Assembly (NCBI GenBank): GCA_040143965.1
Contig: JASJQH010000013.1
Location: 1 to 54,007 of the forward strand
Source: Basidiobolus ranarum
Lineage: Eukaryota
Length of the DNA: 54,007 nucleotides
Direction of reading: 5' to 3'
The notes under the pieces are model-generated. The model ran no database searches. It saw only the letters and a list, made by a program, of their open reading frames with translations, and was not told where the DNA came from. This document shows, piece by piece, positions 29,459 to 41,742 of this stretch. Made by a program: the position numbers and the translations under genes. Numbering within the stretch: the stretch's first letter is position 1; the number at the start of each line of letters is the position of its first letter.

Positions 29459-30134
29459 CAATACAAGGGTTATCCAACCAGTTCTTGCATATATTTTGTC
29501 AATTGTAAATAGCGTTAAATAAACATTCTCATCCCAGTCAACATATATACTGCATCTCAACCTGTAAGTAGTACCAATGGATTGTAGTTACTATAAGATG
29601 ATCTTTTCTAGTTTTTGCACCAGGCAGGTAATAAAATAAGGGGAAATGGGTGACTCTACCTAATAGGTGACTCTAGAACCAAGCACAACATAGAAAGCTC
29701 ATATTTAGGGCCAACGGCCAAACTGCCACTGCTTTTTAAATTGAAGGTAGTTGTTGGCAATTGAGGCCATCTATTAGTTGATTTATTGGATAATGATAAA
29801 TTTCTCGTATCTGAGAGTAACATCGCTCCCTAAACTTTGGAGGATGATCTTAGTTCACCTTTTCGTCCATAATAGGAGTGTTTATGCTTGGTTGAGACAC
29901 GGCGCTATGGATAGCCAAGAGTTATCTAAATGTTTCATGATTTCCGAAGTTCCCACACTACGTTACCTACAGAACATCTCGACCGAGGAGGCGAATATCG
30001 TTATTGAAGCCATGCAGTCACAAATGGCGGTAAATGATATTTCTAAATGCGGGTTAGAAGGAATTGTATAAAATCATCCCCTCTCGCTTAGAAGCAGCTA
30101 TTACTTCTCCAGTTCAAACAAAGACCAAGATACG

Positions 30135-30410
30135 ATGCACAAACTCAGTTCTCTTTTCTCCCGCAAATACTCTAAACAAAGATGCGATCATTGCCAAGGC
30201 TCTCACAAATCTATTCAATGCGAAAGCGCCATCAAAGAGCTGGAGGATATACTACTGCAACTAGATTCGCACAGCTTGAGCAGTCAATCCGTCGTGCTAA
30301 GCAAAGAAAAAGAATTTGAGATGGATATGGCACAGATTGCTGCTTCTACGCATAAACAATGGTATCAACGCTTCGTAAATCAAGATTTCTCCGCTTCGTC
30401 ACTAGCTTAA
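30135..30410 (+). CDS. Small CCHC (C-x2-C-x3-H-x4-C) protein, paralog B (91 aa)
   Basis: Intronless ORF; TATAAAA at ~30067; shares RC..CQ..H..IQCE.AI..LE.IL and EKEF.M..A with paralog A. Confidence 0.75.
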   Translation: MHKLSSLFSRKYSKQRCDHCQGSHKSIQCESAIKELEDILLQLDSHSLSSQSVVLSKEKEFEMDMAQIAASTHKQWYQRFVNQDFSASSLA

Positions 30411-30523
30411 TTGGCCATCGATTTTATTACTGTATATAGGCCCATTCTTTTTTGTGAATAAATTTTCTCTATCCAATCAAATATCTGTTCCATTGTTTCG
30501 CTGCACACATATAACAAGTAGTC

Positions 30524-30578
30524 AAGTGTATTGTTGGTGAAGTGTATTGTTGGTGGAAGAGTGAAGTGTATTGTTGGT
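30524..30578 (+). repeat. Three copies of AAGTGTATTGTTGGT
   Basis: Read directly; the third copy follows a short spacer. Confidence 0.8.
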
Positions 30579-31516
30579 CGAATCAACCCGAGATTCAAAC
30601 TACGACAATTCTAGGCCTCAGATGGACATCACTGGGAAAATCTATGGCTTTGCTTATTCTATCTTGCATCTAGCCAACTCCTTGACATCTAGTAGCTGTA
30701 CCACCTAATGTTAGTCATAGATCTGGTTAAATTTAGAAGCTCTGATGAAACCGGCAAACGATAGACATGTCAAACTGATAAATGACGTCAAGCGGAGGTT
30801 TTTGATTGATCCGAAAATGGCCCGACATCCAAATTCAACAACTCTGGTTTAGCTGTACCTGCTAGCTGCTACAAAGGCTGACCTTCAATGCACCAAACCA
30901 AGTTCGAGGCCTTGCTTGGTATCACAATTAATGAAGATGAGATGTTATCAAGTTACATACAAGCTCTACATGATACAACAATCATAATAATAGTATGATA
31001 CAATACTCCATTCCTGTATACTCATCCACTCTAGCCTCCATCTATCCACATTGGTATGGCCCTCCACATGTTGGTGTTCCCAGTGGGTTCCGAGAAACAA
31101 ATCCGTGGATGACTTATTTCAAATCATGCTACATGCCATGCTAAACCATATGGCTTTTCCGCGTGGATTACCCTTACGGCCTCGATTGAAATAACCGAAT
31201 ATGCGTAACCCTATGAGTAACCATCTCATCCTATTACCAAGGCCTATTACCAAGGCTTTTGAATTCCACTTAGAGAAAGATTAAATGAAACCATCTTATC
31301 CGTGCTATGACTTTGTTCAACACGGATTTACCAAGCTTCAACTAATAATCAAGACATTGACGATAGGTCTAGGCTCCAATTCTAATTCAGCTACGGATTT
31401 CAGTTGCGGATAAATGATTTGTCGGGGAAATGAGTGAATATCGTTACCTAATATGTTATGCCGCAACAACCTTTCTTACAACCCTAACCTTTTTGCATGT
31501 CACCTTGACCCATTCC

Positions 31517-31571
31517 TAACTCTAATCCCGAGTTGTAACCCTAATCCCGAGTTGTAACCCTAATCCCGAGT
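31517..31571 (+). repeat. 19-bp tandem repeat TAACCCTAATCCCGAGTTG (~2.9 copies) containing telomere-like TAACCC
   Basis: Read directly; followed by a (TA)n run; more AACCCTAACC/TAACCC at ~31480 and ~31586. Confidence 0.85.
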
Positions 31572-32940
31572 ATATATATATACATAACCCTCGATAGTAG
31601 TGCAAGTTATACATATATTGGATTATAGCGATACTAATCAATCATGTGTTTGTACTCCGGTCATTAGTGTAGAACTATGCAATAATTCAGGTTCTGGTGC
31701 CATAGATATGTAAGATCTTGACTAATGGTAATTCCTGATACTTTGGAACAACCTAGCTGGGCCTTTAACTCTGGAAATCTAAGATGGTGGGCGATATCTC
31801 AAAGGCAGTGGAAGATTCATGATATCGGGATTATATCTGATCATAGCTTCACAGATACACAGGTACACAGCTTGTGGCATCAAGTAGAGAAATACTAGTA
31901 TTGCTGTTGCTACTTCGATCTTTGAAATCCGGCTATTTCAATTGCAAGGTGTCGAAAGAAATGCAAATAATTTGACCCAATTGTTCAAGTGTTTGAGCAA
32001 GTACAATACTTTGCAGCCAATTGATTAACATTTAAAGAAACGCTATAGTTTTCGCTCAATTGAATTTGTGATTGAAGAAAAACTGTAATTTATAATCCAT
32101 TATTTGCGATGCAAGTATGTGTACCTCATAGTAAGTCTTAATTGGTAGAGAAGTGTAAGATGTTCAGGAATCTAAGATAAACGTTTGGGGAACGAAAATG
32201 ATTTCCCCACTTTGATTACCCATTAAACTGTATATGGTTAATTTGAATAAACTAATATTTTACAAATCTAGCGTAGGAGTCCTTTACTTGCTCTTATCTG
32301 CTCTGTAATTTCTTCAAGTGTCGTGAGACCTTTTGTGTTCTATAACTTTCACCAGTTGCAGTTGGTGAATTATTTCGGTGAGCATAATACTATGGAGTTA
32401 GTACTCTGACCTGTTACATTTGAAATCTTCCTTCCGTGATACAAATTAATCCACCGGGAGTCTCTCAAAGGGTACTTGTAGCTTGTAGGTCAACACAAGC
32501 TAGAGATAACTAACCTTTTGGATAATATTGCATATGATTGCTATACCGCAATATCTATAGAGATTCATCGAAGCAAGTATAGAACAATACGCTGGATCCA
32601 TTTGGATGTTTGAATAGCATGTTCAGGTTGAGCTGGCTTGTTGAATACTTGGGCAATTTTAGTCTGAGTGATTTGGCCGCTCCTTGTGATGCTATATATA
32701 TTAGCATTCCACACTAGCAGTGAGTCAGTTTTGAGTTCGCATTTTTTTAAATATTTTTTTTTGCCAATAACTATCTTTTAGCTCTCTCTATTGTATAGGT
32801 GGATATGTATGATGTTTGAACATAGTTAGGCCCATATCAAAGTGCTGAATTATTAAGTTGACAAGTCTTAGTTAAAGTATTTGGGAGCCTGTTGGAAGTG
32901 GTTTGGAGAATTAGAGGAATTGGTGGTTTTCACTTGTTGA

Positions 32941-33443
32941 TTTATTGAGTAGAAAGTTGACATTTATAATTTTGTCAAGATGTAAACAAACTAACATGTA
33001 GAATGTGTTAAGGAAGGTCCCAGGAACATGTGTGCAAAGTTTGGGGCTTCTTTGAAAAATCTATATATCTGAGAACTTCTAAGTAAATTCTTTATGAGAA
33101 TAATGGGTAATATCTTGGTGAAATATAAGATAACTAAGTACTAAGCTATATGTGACTATATAGGTGCTTAAGCAATGCTAATTTCAACAATTTATTGGGT
33201 AGAAAGTTAAAATGGATAGTTTTACCCAGGAGTTAGTGAACAAACATGTAGAATATGCTAAGAAAGGTCCCAGAAACATGTGTGCAAAGTTGGGGGCCTC
33301 TAGGACAAGTTTGAAGAATCTATAAATGTGAGAATTTCAAAGCAAACTCTAATGGAGAATAGTAGATGATACCTTAGTATATATGCAATAACTATATGCC
33401 AAGATATATATGACTATATAGATGTTTAGCTTAGGTTAATTTT
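32941..33443 (+). repeat. Diverged ~250-bp direct tandem duplication within a CpG-free putative TE remnant
   Basis: Copies start at 32941 and 33191 (TTTATTGRGTAGAAAGTT...AACATGTAGAAT...AAGGTCCCAGRAACATGTGTGCAAAGTT...TGACTATATAG). No CpG by eye from ~32741 to ~33922. Confidence 0.8.
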
Positions 33444-34739
33444 GAAACCAATCAATAAAGAAACCAATGGAAATCCTATATTTTTATTATATATATATTA
33501 TTATCCTAACACTTATAATACAACTTGGCATAAAATTGGATATTTTAACAATTAGCATATAGTGATATAAAATGCAATATTTGGTGAAAATGTTGATGAG
33601 CCAACATCTGAGAATGATAATGATACAGCTAAATACTCTCAAGTATTGCCATTTGCAATATGTAAGTTCCAATGGTGAGGTATAATGTTGACAGTCCCAA
33701 CTAATTCAGCCTGTGTAGCTAGTATGAGGAAAGTGAATGATACTTGTCAGAAAGCAGGGAGTGTTTCAAATTGTACCCACTTCTTAATGTTGCCCAAGAT
33801 GATGTAAATACAGAGAATGTTCTTAGTAGGAATTTAAGATATAGTAGTTGGGAACTCTAAGATATATGCTTAGAAGGAAAGATTCAACTTCACTCAAGCA
33901 ATATTCCCTGTCAAAGAGTGCTCGCAAACCCATAGATGTCCTCTCTTAAAGCAATGCCTTATCTTCTGATGACTAACTAACAATGTATCCTAACTGGGTA
34001 ATGTATTTGTTTGTGTATTTGATATTAAATCGATTGAATGAATATATATATTCCATACTCTTAAAGCAGCTTTGGAACACATGTATATTGAATGAGATGT
34101 GTGCCAAGAGAGTCTATCTATGCAAAGGGATGGTAACCAACTCGTATTAACCTCTTTTACATGTACTTCACATATCTGGTGAGAGTAGGTATTTTACAAG
34201 CTCCTTCCAAGATTGGCTCGATCATTATAGCCTAACCATAACCATAACTTAGTCATATCCTAACTCATTGTATGTCAGATGACGATTCATTGAAGTCACA
34301 TGCGGTGTTTCTCACAATCACACCGGCTCATATTATGCTGATAAAGGGAGGCGAGGGGGTGACGATTCTGGGACTGATAATTCATTAGTGTGCATGTTAT
34401 TGGTGCATCTTATTGGTTTATATTTGTATGTCCAAGCTATCTTCAATCAATTCTAAGATCAACTTGTCAGGAAAGGATGCCAAATGACCTGCGTATGTTT
34501 TCAGCTGACCTGGTGGATACTGTTCATTCACTTGACTTCCCCAGACTCTAGGATTGCCCCTTATTTTTTGTTTGTTCCCTTTTTGTCGTTGAGCCCCTCC
34601 TTCTCAGTTCTCCTTTTGTCTGTTTGTTCTGTCCCACAACCTCTTGCATAGCTCTGTTAGTTCCTCGTCCGTTAAATCTGTCCCCTTTGTTAAAGAAAAA
34701 ACTCCACTTGAAGTTATCGGTTCTTGTTTGAAATTTCTG

Positions 34740-36383
34740 ATGTCCTCTCTTGTGACTTCTTTGAATGGTGGTAGAGGCCTCGGTACGTTTTTGTATCTAC
34801 TATCTAGCCAAATTTACTTAATTTAGAAAGTATTTGAACAATAAAAGGAAGTCACTTACTTATATTACTTTGGAAATAGAGGCCGACCCTCATAAAATAG
34901 TTAAAGTGGCTGTACAGGATGGTAGATCTGGAGAGCAGCGTGAGCTTATCTATACGAACTACAAAGCTGTAGGAAACGGTTCTTTTGGCGTGGTTTATAA
35001 GGCAAAGCTTGCTGATACTGGGGAAGACATTGCTATTAAAAAAGTTCTACAAGACAAACGGTTCAAGGTAGCTCTTCAACACTTTCCCATTGTATAACCG
35101 CTTTTATTCTTTACTTTACTGAACCATTCCTTCTTAGAACCGTGAACTTCAGATAATGAGAATGCTTATTCACCCCAACATTGTGTCTTTGAAGGCATTT
35201 TTTTACTCAAACGGCGACAAGGTAAGCAAACTATTTGTTTGGTTTAGTCACCTAATTCCTACGTCTAATGACCGTAATATTGATAGAAGGATGAGGTTTT
35301 TTTGAACCTTGTATTGGAGTACGTTCCCGAAACTGTCTATCGAGTAAATCGACAATACACCAACTTAAAGCAATCTGTACCGATACTACATGTGAAACTT
35401 TACATGTACCAACTATTTCGCTCTCTAGCCTATATCCACTCTCTAGGAATATGCCATCGTGATATAAAGCCTCAGAATCTTCTTGTCAATCCTTCAGCTG
35501 GTATATTAAAGCTATGTGATTTTGGAAGGCAAGTGTAATTCATTATCTTATTAGCGTTATTCGGAAATACCTAAGTTTTTTATCAGTGCTAAAAAACTCG
35601 TTGCTGGGGAACCAAATGTCGCCTATATTTGCTCTCGTTATTATCGTGCACCTGAATTGATATTTGGTGCTACTGACTATACCACTAGCATTGGTAAGCC
35701 AGGTTTGATAATATGTCAATTTCCAACCGTACTGATTTCCATTTGAAAGATATCTGGTCTAGCGGTTGTGTGATGGCTGAACTGTTATTAGGTCAGCCAT
35801 TATTTCCAGGAGAGAGCGGAATTGACCAACTTGTTGAGATTATCAAAGTACTAGGGACACCTTCCCGCGAGCAAATTCAAACCATGAATCCCAATTATAT
35901 GGAGCATCGTTTTCCACAAATCAAGCCTCACCCTTTCACAAGAGTAAATAGGATTACTAGATGATATGGGCATATGCCTTTATACTCACCTGCTTCAATT
36001 GATAGGTTTTTCGTTCTCAAAATCCACCACCGGAAGCACTTGACCTTATATCCCGTGTTCTTGACTATACTCCTAGCAAACGTTTAACGGCACTAGAAGC
36101 TATGGCACATCCATTCTTTGATGAGTTACGCCAACCAGAAACCAAATTATCTCAGGAACGAAATCTACCACCACTGTTTAATTTCAATGAAGATGGTAAT
36201 TACCCAAAGAATTCACAACATTTTTCTTTTCTAAAATGTACCTTGATTTCCTTAGAGCTAGCCCAGAGACCTGATCTAAATGGAAACTTAATTCCACCGC
36301 ATGCAATGTCACAACTTCGTGGATCTGGGATTGACTTGGACTCATATATAACGACCCCTCCAACAGACACTATGCTTGAATAG
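34740..36383 (+). CDS. GSK3: Glycogen synthase kinase-3 family kinase (Rim11/Gsk3)
   Basis: [85 protein letters not shown]; multiple introns. Confidence 0.97.
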
Positions 36384-36764
36384 AATGAATCTTCAACTGT
36401 AATTAAGTGACTTCCCCTTCCAATTCCCTTTAGATTCTTATCTCAAGAATAATGGTTTAAATCAAGCTCGAAACCACCTCACTCACTAGTTAGCGTAAGT
36501 GAATTCTCTGTCTAGTTCACTTAACCACCATTTTATTACTTCTTGGCTTAACTTATATCTTCCCTTCCCTTCCCTGTTTGGTTATTTCAAGCCAATATCC
36601 ACCATAATTTGATGTATCTATATGTACCGGTGTTTATAGATCCACTCTACATCCACTTCTTTGAATATGTAAGCATAAGAGAGCATGTGTGAGAGATTCC
36701 AAGGAATTTATTAAAAACCAACTCCCCATCCAGGAAGAATTTTTACGTAAAGAAAGGGAAGTGA

Positions 36765-36798
36765 ATAGAATAGAATGGTCTGGTCTGGTCTGGTCTGG
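36765..36798 (+). repeat. Microsatellites (AATAG)n/(TGGTC)n downstream of OST3/6
   Basis: Read directly. Confidence 0.75.
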
Positions 36799-36810
36799 AA
36801 AGGAATGAAT

Positions 36811-38106
36811 TTAGAATAAAAGTCTGTAAGGATAACCAGCACTTTTAATTCTGAACACATAAATCACCGCACTATATGAGACCAAAAGGATTCCCGCGAA
36901 AATGAGCACTGCAAATCTCTGTTTAAATTCCGACATTTTGGGTACATGAATACCCAAGAAGACAATACAGAAAGCGCAAGATGCATCTAGAATTCTCCTA
37001 GTTAGTAATATATTCTACATTTGAATAATGGGTGTATATTCACTTACAAAGAACTGTAATAATTTGACTTTCGACTCCAATTTGTTGCATTTGTCCTGGT
37101 ACAAAATATTGCGTTTCTCCTTTAGGTCCTGGGACTACATATGGTGGTCCACGAATTTGATTCCACATATGTCCTGAAGTCATCATAAGAATGATCACCT
37201 ATAGTACTAAAGTTTAAGTTTTACTTCGATAATTGTTACCAAAATTTCCCTTATTTACCAGACTGATCGAGGACCACATACGGTTACTAGCAATGATAGC
37301 ACTGAATCTAGTGAAGACGAAGTAAGAGAATAAAATCACCACCAAACCAGCGAGTAATTTCAATCCGTTTCCAGCCCAATCGAAGGGATAATTGATAGGA
37401 ACCTAAGAAGAGAATACCCAAATTCAATGAATTATTCCTTATTGACAATTCTAAAGTAACCATTATACCTCAGTTTCGAGTTGTTGTGATAAGAACTCTG
37501 CTAAAGGTTCAGCTTGAAGACCCCTGAAAATTTCACAACTTGGTGAGAGCTTGCAAAGAGTGAAATAATAAAATCTCTATTTTACTTGGAATTAACTTCA
37601 TAAACAATGAAGTCCTTGGTTTGAGCATGGGGTCCTTCCGTTGGAGGATAATATAGGATATACGGGGCACTTTGAATTCCAAGCTTCATGAAAACCTCTC
37701 TACCATCATCAACTTCCAATTGACCGAAATACAACTGGCTTGGTTCTTTGGTAGTAAGCCAGCTCTTGGATAAAAGTTTATAATTGGGTTCAAAAATACT
37801 GTAAATAAACGTAACGGTTAGTGGTTCTTCAATCTATAAACCATATTAACAAGACGAAAACGCGTTTTTAACTACTTACCCACAAGCTCCACATGAAAAG
37901 GCTGGATTGAGTGCGGTTAATACAACGATCGCCGCATAATTACGTGGTTTCGAAGTTAAAAGTTCGAAAGAGGCAGTGTTTAGTTTGATGACCCCGTTCG
38001 AGTCAGCTGGTAGATTTTCAAGGCTTTGAATTTTTTCGGGACTAGCTGAGCATATAGCTAATAGTCCGAGACATAATAATAAATATGACACTATCTTTGC
38101 CCTCAT
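36811..38106 (-). CDS. OST3: Oligosaccharyltransferase subunit OST3/OST6 (MAGT1/TUSC3 family)
   Basis: Signal peptide, thioredoxin-like CGAC, MTSGHMWNQIRGPPY, QQIGVESQII, C-terminal GYPYRLLF*. Confidence 0.92.
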
Positions 38107-38638
38107 GTTTCTCTCTATGGCTAGCAAAGGCTGTCTCAAAGTATCCACAGTCTAATCTGATATTCAGCATCATTACTTAACGTCCTCTCCCCATGGTTAA
38201 ACTCATCATTCGATTTAGTAAATTCAATGTATAGACCAACCACCATCTCCTACGTCGATCCAATCAACTAGGGATCGACTATTTGATAAATATTCCCTTT
38301 CGTCACAACTTTCCAATGATCACGTGCATCCCAGTCGGAATTTACTTGTACTATATGGCACCCATATATATTTATATATATGTTCCTCTCTTTTCATTCC
38401 TTTGCATTTATTTGCATTCAAAAACTGTTGGAAACCACGAAATATCTATTGCTTCAATTACTGATTGGATAAATAACATTGCTAACAATTAACTGTATGA
38501 CAACGAATGAATTAATTGGATTCTATTCAGCCCTCGTTCTGGATGTTTAAATCAGAAATGAGGAGACTGAGGCCATATTGTAACAAAAATAAATAAGTCA
38601 AGATCGTTTAAAAGTGCATGCATCTTTAAGTTGCAGGG

Positions 38639-40349
38639 TTATAGTGAAATACTACGAGCACAGCCTTTCTGGCTTCTTGATTTCTGATATTTGCGAGTGT
38701 GGTATTCGATCTCCTTCCGAGAAAGCGAGGTTAATTTAAAGCAGCCCTGTTCAGCAAATTAGTGAAGTGTAAGTTAGTACGATTACTGAAGAATTGTCCA
38801 TTTCTCATTTGCTTACCTCTAGGAGACTGTGACAGTTAATGACATTTTTAGGCATGTCCTGGATTTTTTGAAATAACACTAAAGGGTCTTGTACACTCAT
38901 GATGTCATTCTCGTTCATTTTAAAGAGAGTTAAAGCAATACGAAAGGCGATTTTAAATCCTTCGTAAAACAAGCAGTCCCAAATTCGTAGAACATTTTCC
39001 ACTGGCATGACACCTACGAAGATAGTTGAAAACCAATGACTCACAGTCAATGTCACTGGTGGCATTCCCAAGGCTGTCTGCTTATCAAGACGCTCATAGA
39101 TCATAGGGAATTTATCTCGTAATAGCAACATGAAAACCTCTTGATTGATGATGGCCCCTTCCATAGTAACTGAATACATTTCAGGTGGAACGATGTCTTC
39201 TACTAAACACACTAGAGTCCAGAAAGACTCCTCTTCATTCATGAAAAGTAATAGAAGGCCGGCGACATAGCTTAGAGATTGGCAATATCCTACTGAGGTT
39301 GACCACATGGAGAATGCCACCAAAACTCTTCGCAAAGATTGAAGCGTAGCAATATCCTGTGTGTGAATTGAGCCTCTAGCCGAGATTTTGGCCTTGAATT
39401 TGATGTTATCTGGGAAAGTACGATGAAGATCTTGAAAAATGCGTTAGAAGTCAATCACAATGTAAAGATTTCCCTGAGACTCTGATATATACCTCTTTCG
39501 ATAATCTCCACATACTCATTACTGAAATCTGGTCGGCGCAGTTTGCGAATGAGTGCATCGTATTCACCGGGATTCAACTTCATTCGAGCCTCTGCACCAC
39601 TATAGTGAAGCCAGCACTAAATGGAAATGTGAGTTTCGCTGCGAGTAATGTGAGAAAAATCTAATGATTAATTTACCTGTCGTCTATATTCATTTGGTAT
39701 TCCCTTACGGATATATCTTTTGATCGTAGGAGAACCAGTGGGTAGCGATCCATGATAACTTTTAATCAAAGCATGCCATTTCTCACTTCTTCTTTGAACA
39801 ATCGGTTCATAGTCGGTTATGAATCTTTCATAATCATCTTTTGTGGAGTATTGAGTGGACTTTTTAAATCCATATTGGTCCCTTTTAATTGAGTGGAATA
39901 AAGACATGAATAAGTAACCAGGTTTGCTAAACGAAAATCCAGTGTCAATTTCGTGAATGAAGTCAATCTATTTACCTTTCCTCGAAAAAACTCCCGTCGT
40001 CGTCGTCGCAGTCAGTTTCTTCATCGTCGGAAGAGCCACTAACTCTTAGTTCGGGAGGAGTAAGCAGACCAGAAGAATGATTTTTAAAAGTGGGAGAGGT
40101 CGGAGTTTTTAAAAATCTTCGAGCTTCGGCGTTTGAAATATTTGAACTATCGTGTTCGTACGAATCAACTCCCAGAGTAGTGATACTTCGGCTAGCATGA
40201 GTAAAATTAAAAGCATTCCTATTCGTTTGGTCGGTTGGATCAGTAGAACTTCGCAAAAATAAGGCGGTTGAGCGATTTGGATGACGGGAACTAGGCGTAT
40301 AGGTAATTTGTGGCGTATCGTTGGCGGGAATATTTAGGTTGGCGGACAT
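38639..40349 (-). CDS. TBC-domain Rab GTPase-activating protein (Msb3/Msb4/GRTP1-like)
   Basis: RDQYGF, KRYIRKGIPNEYRRQCW, IERDLHRTFP (Arg finger), GYCQSL (Gln finger), VLRIWDCLFYEG. Confidence 0.92.
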
Positions 40350-41742
40350 GGTAGGTGAAGTAATAGATAAAAGAACGCAATCGGGCTTAAAGGCAGAGAT
40401 TCACTACAAGGCAGGTATTATAAAAGTACAAGATAAAAAGGACACAACTACAAACTCAAGGTAAAAATAGTAAGCACAGCAACTGACTAATAAAGGATAA
40501 AATTAAGTATAAAGATTATATCATGTACGCGGTCTACTTTGAACGGTTGTGAAAGAGAGCTGAAAAGAGAAAAGACTATCAAAGACAATAAACTCGGTTG
40601 AAAGCACTTCAAAGTACAGTATTTTGCGGTTAACGAACAACGAATACGAAGAGCGATTGGGATTAAAATAGGAAGAACGAGAGTAAAAATACTATGCGGA
40701 TCCACCTAATAAGGATAATGGACTATTGAACAAGTAAGAGGGCGAGACAAGGAAGGGTAGGGGGCAGGGGAGAAGAATATTTGTAAGGAGTCAGGTGGAA
40801 CTCGCTCTCTTAAATAATATGTGTGTATGCTCAGACAAGAAAAATAATGAACAGAGTATTCTTGTAGCACTCTAAATCCAGGGTGATTAGATCAATAATC
40901 ACAGAAAATTTACACAACCGTAATCGCTACCGGGTGAAATGTAAGGCTAGCATGCGTCTAGTGTTAAATATTTGCATATATTGTTAAACAATGACAACAA
41001 TATCAAGCATTGCATTACAAACGATGTAGCATGGTAGATGCGAGGTCAATCTACACAAGCGTTGCTTTCTCCTTATTGAAAGCGCATCAATTAATCAATT
41101 GATGCATAATGTACTTCAACTGGCTGTCATAATTTCCCTTACATTAGATTTTCTGAATCTAAGATTGGCTGGCCTATGAGTGACCTCCCCGAGGGGGGGG
41201 GACAAGTAACTGATAATCGCAGTTTGAGTTTGTTGACTATACATAATTAAAAGCCAGTTATGAGTGGCAGGTGGTGGATGGAGGGTGAGAAAAGTAGGTT
41301 CATTTGCAGCGCTACTTGCAACCCTACTGATCGGCAGCATCCATGGAATAAATGAAATATCGCTAGTTGGCAATTATCTGGGATCTTCAAGTTCACTAGT
41401 GTTTATGCGAAAGCAAATTGAATGAACACCATATTGAATGAGCACCAAATATTATGACTATAATTAATTAAATGCACATCACGTGAGCATTGGTTTTTGA
41501 GTCACCGTAATTGCCATATGTAGCTTTAATAAACTCTGTGATAACTGCAAACATATATTTGTTTCAGAAGGAAATTGAAATTGGTCAGTGAGGTAACGCT
41601 ACTTTACACTTGGGGCACTTAGAAGATGGTGTATAACAAAACAACTGGACTAACAAGCGAAACAACGGGATATGTATAACAAAGGAATAAAAGAAATTTG
41701 GTACTGATACAAACATCTACATTTATATCAAAACATTCTAGT

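Noticed and set aside
27371-31571. Short tandem repeats as a CRISPR-like array
   Set aside because: No regular unique spacers, no cas genes, eukaryotic context.
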